From contig MU058217.1 of the NCBI GenBank assembly GCA_013265495.1, positions 62,001 through 126,000 on the forward strand: DNA of 64,000 nt, written 5' to 3'. The position numbers and the translations under genes were made by a program. This document shows positions 13,989 through 64,000 of the stretch, one piece after another. Below the pieces are notes generated by a model, which did no database searches, was not told where the DNA came from, and worked only from the letters and a program-made list of their open reading frames with translations. This DNA comes from Vicugna vicugna. Taxonomy: Eukaryota. Every line of letters begins with the position of its first letter. Positions within the stretch are counted from its first letter, which is position 1.

Positions 13989-15747
13989 GTAAGTGCTCGC
14001 CAGCGCCCACTTTTTTGTCCCTGTAGCTGTGATTACCACTGATCTGGTTACCAGTCACGCAGAGAAGGCAACACAGTAGCGTTTGCTGAGGACCTACTAA
14101 GCATAAAGTACTGTGTTAAGGGCAATACGGGAGACAAGGAGGCAAGGCCTTTTAAGAAGCTTCTACAAACAGTAAAAAGACAAGAATATAAGCAATTATG
14201 AGACAAAAATTTAACCTGCAGGATAAAGCCGAATAAAATGCGTACTTACGTCTCTAATTGTTTAGGTCAATATTATAGCATTCAGTCAACAAATAAACAT
14301 GTTCGTTTGTGATATCTCTTCTGTGATTGCCTTGAACTATTACTTGAAAGTTTTGTGGCTATTTAAATTTTTTTCTTAAATCAGGATTTCTGATCATCAG
14401 GGAGATGATTTTGGGAAGACATTCTCCCATGCACTTTTATCTATCTCAGAATGCATCTGAGTCTGCTTGTTAGCATCCGGTTTCTAGCTCGGTCTCGCAG
14501 GGCACACCTTGTGGACTTTGGGCTGGGTCATGTCTGGCACTGCAGTAGCATCCCTCAGAGGGACTCCAACCCTAGGAGACTTGTGGTGCTTTGCTTTCTG
14601 GCCACCATCCTCACCAGAATACCTTCTGTCATACACTGACAGGGCTGAGAGGAATCTTAGAGATTTTTCTGGTCCATCTGTTTCATTTCACTGAAGGAAA
14701 TTAAAGCCCAAAGAAATTACAACAGTTATTCTAGAGAACTGGCATTAGAAAACTGAGGTTCTGCCTCCGAGTCTTATTTCTTTTGAACTAAGGATTCAGA
14801 ATATAATACTTAATCATTTAATTTTCACCTGAGAAATCTGCGAGAATATTAGGATATGGCTGGCGACTATTAGAGACTCAGACAAGGAAGAGAAGAGAGG
14901 AGGAAACCAAAGCAGTAAATCAAGTGCTGAAATGCCTCTTCCTACCTAAATGGTATTTCACATGTTCCCCTGGTTCTGTAAAAGCACTGTATGGTGAATG
15001 GGAAGTTTAAGTTAAATTCGATATTGAAAATTATTCAGACTCTTATGGCTTCTTGAGATCTTCATGTAGGTTATAAACTCCTGGATTGAGATTCCTTAGT
15101 CCCAGATGAGTTATCAGCTGTCTTATCTTCCCCTTCTCCAAGAGAATATAGAATATTGAGGGTGCCCTTCCTAGACCTCTTACAGAAGTATTGCCTCTAA
15201 TTCACAACTTTTCTCGCATTTGGCCAAAGAATTCAACTCCTGGTCTAAGCATCCAGGTTATAATCTGGATCATTCCCCTCCCTCCTTCATTTCTTCCCTG
15301 ACCCCTCACAGGCCCCTTCTCTCAGCCAGAAGCATCATCTCTCTGAGTCCCCATAAAACTTCATTTAGACTGTTACAGAATCTGTGTTATTCTTCCTCGT
15401 TCAGAGATTTATTTGAGCATTTCTCTTACCCCTTACTAAATTTTGCATTCCTTTAGGGCAGAGACTGTTGTTAGTCTTCAGGAACTGACATGGTATTTTG
15501 CACACACAGAAGATACTCAAAAACAAAAAGTGGTAATCGAACTTTATAATGAACCAATTATTTAAAGAATGATTATTTAACTGAGGGAGAAAATGGAATA
15601 TTTATTTCCATCTCACAGAATCCACTGTCTAGCTATTTAAATGTAGACAAACTTAGAATAAACAGTTTCTAGATTTACTTAAGTTCCTTATACTTCATTT
15701 GTTCTTTGTTTTTGTTTGTTTTTTGATTTCTGGAATCACTCCCCAAG

Positions 15748-15798
15748 AAGACACTTCATTCCTGAAGGACACTGACCGTCACTTTGGGAACCAGTAAG
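15748..15798 (+). other. MYH13: probable MYH13 non-coding exon 2
   Basis: T-rich tract then ccccaag| acceptor; donor AAG|GTAAGC at 15799; sarcomeric MYH genes usually have two 5'UTR exons. Confidence 0.5.
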
Positions 15799-18317
15799 GT
15801 AAGCGTTACTTTCATCTTGATTGATACAATCATTGAAATTAGCGAATATCGTTTTACACGTTCTCATTCTTGCTGTGCTCATAAGAAGCTGAAAATGATG
15901 AAACTGAAATCAATTGCTTAAGTATTTCTAAAGGCAGATTACGAAATAGGCAGGTTTTCCCCAAGGTGCAATGGCTTCCCAAATTTGCTCATTACACTGA
16001 TAAGTATAAAATACACTGCAGAACCTTGACACGAAAGCTCCAGGTCAATATACTTAGTTGGCCCTGCACAAGGTGTTCGTAGGATAAGGATCCAGTCTTC
16101 ACACAAGTCTACCTTTGCTGTTCTTTGAGCAGAGTCCGTGCCCTTGAATCCACTCAGCTGTGCCTTTACTCACAAATAATGCTGAGAGGATAAAAAGCGA
16201 TCAATTCACACCTGTGGCCAGCATAGTAATAAAAACACTTTCTGCTCCGAAATTTGTGTTCGTTGAAGGTAATTCTAGATGAATTAGGGCCGAGGAAACC
16301 AAAGCATAATTAAGTCATGACCACCTCAGTGCTGACAAGGTACAGTAGCTGAGAAATTCCCAGGATAGGGGATGAAAGTTGAGAACAGTATCATGGTGGA
16401 CTCACAGCAGAAAGGGGGTGGGGAGCACTCGGAGGGTGGTGATGGAGATGGGGGTGATGGGGACTAGGGTGACCATCTCACCTAGAAGACCCCCTAAAGA
16501 AAGGAGCAGAGTTGGTGGTTGAGAGGACCAGGCTGTGTAGGGTTGGAAGCAGGCCCAGCTCTCAAAACAGAGAAGAGGCTAATTAGGGGATTTTCTTGGG
16601 GGGAGAGTCTCCAGGGACACCATGAGTCATGCCTAGAGGGTCGGATCAGACCTCACTAGGCAAAGTTTATCAGCCAAGAATAAATGGTTTTATCACTGGG
16701 TCCCAGAACACAGTTGCATAAACATGGGGCCAAGATCTGACTTAGCAACCACACGCACGCAGAGGATTGAGGGACTTCGCTTGACAGCGAGCGGTGAGTC
16801 AGCATGTGACGAGGTTGCCAGAAGGCAGTCACCACCTCAGGCATGACTCCTAGGTCAAGAGAGGTGAGGGCCCATGCTGATGGAGGATGACATGTGGTCT
16901 GGATGCCACACTTTAAGAGATTAACAGGAGTGAGCTCACCGTGATGGGAAAGGAGACTCAGAAGCACGGCACAGAAGAAGCAGATGACGATGCCTCTGGA
17001 AGAGATAAAGCTAAGGCGAACACAGAGCAGCTGTCACCTGGCTGAAGAGTTGTCTTGTGGGAAGAAAGTGTGAACTCTTTCTGTTGTTACCAAGAATGCC
17101 AGAATGAGAAGCGCACGTCCTGAAGTCACAGAAAGCCAGCTTTTGGTTTAAGCAAGAAAAATCTTCAGCGTGCGAAATCTGCCCAAAATGATTTTTCCAA
17201 ATTTCCCAAAAATTAACCAAATGGATAAAAGTCATCCCTGAAGGCATCCAAAAAGGCTGAACAACACCTTTGCAAGAATACCGCTGAGACAACTCATGCA
17301 CCATCCAGGCAGTAACATTAGAAGATGCTGAGTCATGGTTAGAGTAGCGGGTGGAAGAAGAAGAATCTCCACCTCAAAACGGGCAGTGACTCAGATCCTA
17401 GATGGAAAGCCTTGTCTTTCTAAGAGGCCTAGAAATAGAGCTTGACCATGACCTACTGAAGTCTTACCCCAACTTCAGGCTTCATTCTTACTGCACCATC
17501 ACAAATTTTGCAATACCCGTTCACCAGCAATACTATGAATTCACTTAATATTTTATTTACCTTGATTCCTTGTTTTCCCTTTTATTTGCTTTTCAAAGTT
17601 ACTATATATGCTTGCTGTGAAAGTGTGGACTATCTCCATCAGCATCAACTGAACATTTAGATATTCAAAATCGCAAAAGTCCACCCCAGATCTGCTGATG
17701 CAGGATATGCATTTCAACAAGACTCCCAGTTGGATTCCTGTGCACACCAAAGTTTGAGAAACACTGCTTTATATCACTAGTATAAACAGACATTGCACAA
17801 TCTCTAAATGGGAAGCACATATTACCTTATTTTATCAATTCTAATTTTCTCCATATTGTTTACAAAATATTATCTCTAAACTTGGGATTCATCTTATAGT
17901 CAATGAAAGGAGTATAGTAATTAGCTCTATTTTTTTTTAATTTGTGGAACACAAAATAGTTTATCTCACAGTTGATGGCATCTTTATAAAATAAGGTAAC
18001 AGACTTTAAAATAAGCATACAGTTATTAAAATTAAGGAAGTATTTGCCTAAAATCATTTTGCGTCTAAGCAGTGGGACAGGCCATGGCTTTGGAAAGAGC
18101 GGCTTTAGAAAGGAAAAGAATGCTCCCAAAAGGCACTGTGTTTGGGGCCCTTGGGAAAAATTCAGAGTCCTCAGTCCCAACCAGAGAGATTCTGTTGCAG
18201 ATGATTCTGATGCGGATCATCTTTTAACACTTTGGGTACCATGCTTAACACTAAGTCAAGCTAAATAACATAAGATCATAAACCTGCAACCCAACAAGAT
18301 ACCCTCATGCTATAATG

Positions 18318-19851
18318 CAACCATTCTCAAATGGTCCGCCCTCAAAGTGTGGTCCGTGGGTCCTTGGAGATGCCCAAGAACTTCTCAGGAGGTATATGAG
18401 ATCAAAACAACTTTCATAGTAATACCCATAATAAGACCTTGTTTACTCTGTTGACCTAATGATGCAGAAGCAAGGATGGATAAAACTTCTGGTGCTTTAT
18501 TACAAGTCAAGACACGTCACCAAACTATACTAGGAGTCATAGTATTCTTCACTGCCATACACTGGCACTGCAAAAAAAAATTTTTTTTAATTTGAAAAGA
18601 TTTTAAAGGACTTAAATTTGCAGCCATGAAAATTATTACTTTCATTCCCTCTCAAATTTATCCACATCCTTATAATGTTCTGCGTGCTGGGACAGGACGT
18701 CCTAGTAAAGCACTCCCACTGTACACCAGACTCTGATGGTTGTCTCAAGAAAGAGCACATGTGCAGTTGTCTGAGTTGCAAGATGAACGAGCCACTTGAT
18801 TCACGAAGCACCATTTTTACATAAAGAATGACTAGTGGACAAAGTATGGTTTCTCAAGACTTGGAAATCCGACAGACATTTTGTCCAAACGGAATGAAAA
18901 GTGCTGATCATTTCAAGGAAAATAACTGACAATACTTGTTAGTAATGACATATTTGAGCATTCAACCAAAAACTAAGAAAAAAATTTTAATGGAGGTACA
19001 GGTAATTGAACCCCGGACCTTGGATATGCTAAAAATGTGCTCTACCACTGAGCTATACCTACCCCTCAACACTAAAATTTTGGAAAACCATTAGCTGCCA
19101 CCATTAGCTTGACAACTTGCTAGTATTTCAATTTTCTAATGAGATCAGTGCTGATATTAAGGATTGTGATTTTTTTAACATTGCATAATGAAACATGTCA
19201 ATATTTGGAAGTTCTGTATAACTAAGTGAACCAATATTTTCCAAGTGATCAACGTATGACATTCATACATGAGTAAAAGTTCCATTCAAAGTTCAAGACA
19301 GATCAACAGATTATAACAGGTACAAAATGTTAATTCGGTTTCATATTCTACATAGCATCCAGCCTTTAAAAAACTACCACGTGTCAAGTTTAGGTACAGT
19401 ATCTAAGAAGAATATCTACAGTTCTTTGAAAAGGCAATTAAAATACCCTTTCCATTTCCAAAGTAACTGGGCAAGATTTTCTACATCTACTTTAACCAAA
19501 CACAAAAACCAAAACAGCAACAAAATTGAATACAGAAGCAGACATGGAAATCCTTCCATCTTCCATTCAGCAGGCATTACAAAGAACGGCCGACATGAAA
19601 AGTGATTATACTCTGGTCACTAATTTTGAGGGGTTTTGAAAGAGAGTCACTGTCATAAAAATATGTTATTAATGTCAACATGCAACGGACTTGACAGTAA
19701 TTTTAAATGAATCATAAATATTTAAAATTTTTTCACAATTTTGATTTCCAATATTGTAGATATTGGACCTTCATAAACCAAACTCATTGGGTTCCGGATC
19801 ATTTTTAAGAGCATGAAGGTGTTCTGAGAGAACGAAGTTTGAGAGCCACTG
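18318..19851. mobile_element. hAT-Charlie (Charlie1-like) DNA transposon fossil
   Basis: Termini caaccattctcaaa ... tttgagagccactg; degenerate 8-bp TSD CTATAATG / CTGTAGTG. Confidence 0.75.
18985..19066 (-). mobile_element. tRNA-derived SINE nested in the Charlie element
   Basis: reverse complement reads ggggtaggtatagctcagtggtagagcac...ggttcaat. Confidence 0.75.
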
Positions 19852-20675
19852 CTGTAGTGAAGCCTACTTAAGCCTCAACAGTAGGAGCTATCTTCAGAGA
19901 CGTTAAAAGTAATGTGAATGAATTCCTCCTCTCCACCAGGCAGGAACTGAGAAAATTAAAACCAGCACAGAGGCTGCAGACCAGGGGCCCTGTCTGTGGG
20001 TACCATATTGATTTTCAGCCTCTTACTATGAAAACTTAACCACGAGCACACAGATGGTTCAGCAGAGCCACGAACCAAAGTCAAACCAAAGTGCAATTTA
20101 TCTGAATAAGGTCCAGAGGGAAGCAGATGCTCCTCTTTCTGTAGGACCAGACCCCCCCCCCCCAGAATTGCAAGGAGGGATATTGAAACAACACTGAGTT
20201 AGCTATGAAGAGTAACTTCATAAAGGGTAAGACTGAGGGAGGGGGAGTGCCTTCCAAGAGATAATTATAAAAATGTTCAGTTTTCCCACTTTTAATGGGA
20301 AACATAAAAGGCTTTATTCAAAAAATGTGAACTATTTCTTAAGGAAGAAATGGGGATGTGTGTGTATAATTTAACTCCATTTTACAGTCAGTTTTAGGAG
20401 AATGAGTGGGAAAGAAAAAAGGAGAGGAAGAAAGGAAAGAAGAAAGGAAGAAGAGGAAGAGATGGGGGAAGCGATGTGGGGGCAGTAAGCAGAGGGTCAG
20501 GAAGGGTGCGGGACGAGATCCAGAGGGAGTAGGAGGAGCACATGCAGATGAGGAAAAGGAACCAGAAATCCCCACAGCCTGCAGGGGCCTTAGAAATGAG
20601 CCAGGCTTGCTTCTTCATTGTCTGTGGAATCAGTGGCTCAGAGAAGCTACATGGTTCCGTCAAGTTCACTGCTGG

Positions 20676-21656
20676 CAATAGGGACGTTGGGATTCGCTGT
20701 GTCTCAGGTCACTCCACACCGCATAGCGTTTGTGCTTGGATTTATGTTTACACAGCTGCCCAGGAGATGGGCTGGAGGCTGCAGCCACCACTCTCAGGCC
20801 CCCTGGAGGGACCCCGGCCTTCTCTTGGGTCAGCACGGGCACTTGGGTTGGAACGCTCCTGCTTGCCTGCTTTGGGCTCTCTGGGGTCTCACAAGCAGGA
20901 GCGTGGAGGGTCATCCTAGAGCCCCAGCCCCTCGGAGCCCCTGTCTACAAGTGCTTTCCCCGCCTTAGCCTGCCAGGGTCAGATTTGCCATTGAAAATGC
21001 GAACCTCTACTTTTTTCTTTTGTATTTTGATAAACACTGAAGAAGCTGGAGCTGTTAAACTTTATCTTAGGGAAAACCTCAGAGCTGGTTTATTCGGTGT
21101 CGTGGAACCTCTTACTGCTTTCAATACACAATTAGCAGTCAACTGTTTTGTTTACTTGTCTTCAGTTTTCATTTCAACAAACAAGCACTGTAGTTATAGC
21201 TATCAGAATAAAATCTTGTTACAGCAACCTGAATCCCATCTGGAGACCAAGCAACACTCGGAGGGTTGAAGAACTCAGGTTTATTACGCGGCAGTCCCAG
21301 AGGAGTTAACACTCAAAGCTCTGGACCCCATCTGTAGGTTTACACAGGTTTTTATAGGGCTTTGGGTTTTGATTAAGTTTGTGCCATATGCAAATGAGGT
21401 GTTAGAAATGGACCGATCAGGAGTGAGCTTTCCAGACCCAATGGAATTTTAGGGGTAAATGCAAATGAGGTGTTAGAAATGGACCAATCAGGAGTGAACT
21501 TTTGGGAACCAATGGAATTTTAGGGGTAAGTTTCATTTTCCTAGAAGCAATCCGTTTAACAGAAGCACAAAAGCAGGAAGGCAATGGCCCAGCTTGGGAG
21601 GTCTTGTGGGTCCCTTGTGGGTTTTGCCCCTTCAATCTCATAACTATTTTTTTAAA
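20676..21656 (+). pseudogene. 5'-truncated retrocopy of an unidentified mRNA 3'UTR, interrupted by an LTR
   Basis: 14-bp flanking repeats AAGTTCACTGCTGG (20662..20675) and AAGTTCAGTGCTGG (21657..21670); AATAAA at 21207; short decayed A tail. Confidence 0.6.
21217..21634 (-). mobile_element. solo ERV1-type LTR
   Basis: TG...CA termini; 4-bp TSD ATCT; minus-strand TATAAA (21351..21356) and AATAAA (21280..21285); 71-bp internal tandem repeat. Confidence 0.8.
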
Positions 21657-21904
21657 AAGTTCAGTGCTGGGACATTAAGCCAGATTTTCTAGCTTCTAAG
21701 CAGGGAAAATATATAGAAAAAGGACCAATGAATGGAGATGGTTTGGAAGGGAGTGACAGGAGGGATGAGTGGCAGGATAAGGGAGAGAAAGAAAGAGGGA
21801 GAGAGAAAGGCAGAGGCAGAAAGACACTTATATACCCCGCCACACAGACACACCAGGCAGTGTATTAATCTAATTAAATACTGTGTGTAGCACCCTGATA
21901 CTGC

Positions 21905-22290
21905 TACATGTAACTAAAGTTTGGAGACCACTGCATTAAGCCCAGTACTTCTCAACTCTACTATGCCCAGAAATCACCTGGAGATCTTATAAAAATCTGG
22001 TTTTATAATCTGAGGTGGGTCTGAGATTCTGAAATTCTAACAAACTCTTGGAGTGATGCTGATACAGCATTCCAAGGACCACTCTTGGAGTCAGGAGGCT
22101 CTAATCCAGCAGTTCTCGGCGGGTGGGGGGGGGGTCCCTGGACCAGCATCACTTAGGAACTTGCTAGAAATGCAGATTCTCAGGCCCCACCCCACACCTA
22201 CTGAATCAGAAACTCGGGGGTTGGGGCCTAGAAATCTGTGTTTTAACAAGCTTTCTAGGTAATTGTGGAGCATCTTAAAGTTTGGAACCA
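21905..22290. mobile_element. MER5-like hAT MITE fragments
   Basis: agaaatgcagattctcaggccccac...tactgaatcagaaactc. Confidence 0.65.
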
Positions 22291-22836
22291 TGGCACTAGG
22301 CCATAACGTCTCTTATCCCCTTGTTACCTGTAATTGGCTTAAGTGTGGAAGCATTTTATGTTCAAGTCATTACTTTCCACTGGCTGTCTGAAACTCCTAC
22401 CAGGAATTACCAACATTTCAATTATTATTTCCAGACACTCTGAAGATTTGGGATTGACACAGATCATGGGGCTTATACATGACCTATAATTAAGGAAGTA
22501 TTTTCTGAGGCCTCCTGTATTGGGCTCAGCATGGCTTCCTCTAATTGGTTCAGATTTCTGCACCTGGAGCTGGACTAAGAGATGTTTCAAAATCAACAGA
22601 GAGTAAAGCAACCCCTCAAACTTTTTTCCTACAGTAAACGATCCCCTTTAGCTCATTCCTACTTGCCACTCAAGGCCCTCAGACCAGGTCCTAGATTCCT
22701 CAGGACCTAGGTTAATCCCGAGAGCTTTTGAATCTGGCCCCCTGCCTGAATGGCAAAAACAGGATGGGGCCCTTTGGATTCAAGAGTCCCCCAAGCTCCA
22801 GACTCAGCCGTCCCGGTCTTCCCAGTGCCTGCAGTC

Positions 22837-63999
<41,163 letters not shown>

Positions 64000-64000
64000 C

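Noticed and set aside
20730..21269. 179-aa plus-strand ORF
   Set aside because: Starts at GTG in the retrocopied UTR and runs into the LTR; a chance ORF.
21388..21529. Repeated unit resembling an array
   Set aside because: Only two copies with no spacers, inside an LTR; not CRISPR, and the genome is eukaryotic.

Overview
Mammalian genomic DNA from the fast skeletal myosin heavy chain cluster. The tRNA-derived SINEs suggest a camelid, which is an inference. Both genes are on the + strand. The window holds the last two exons of MYH8 (perinatal myosin; 25..120 and 1089..1238) and an intergenic gap of about 12.7 kb with a CpG-rich promoter-like element near 6.0-6.3 kb. It then holds most of MYH13 (extraocular myosin): a TATA/MEF2 promoter at about 13.5-14.0 kb, two probable 5'UTR exons, and 35 coding exons from 22837 to 63960. 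These splice into one open frame of 5466 nt (1822 codons), and the gene continues past the window. The rest is mostly L1, L2, MIR, SINE, LTR and hAT repeats, whose family names come from recalled consensus and need RepeatMasker confirmation. Most notable: (1) a 106-bp inverted copy of the end of MYH13 coding exon 13 and its splice donor, 1.7 kb upstream and beside an inverted SINE pair; (2) a 3'UTR retrocopy with an ERV LTR inserted at its poly(A) signal; (3) an L1 inserted 12 nt before a splice acceptor; (4) a GC-AG intron; (5) the probable promoter of the cluster antisense RNA. No new protein-coding system was found.
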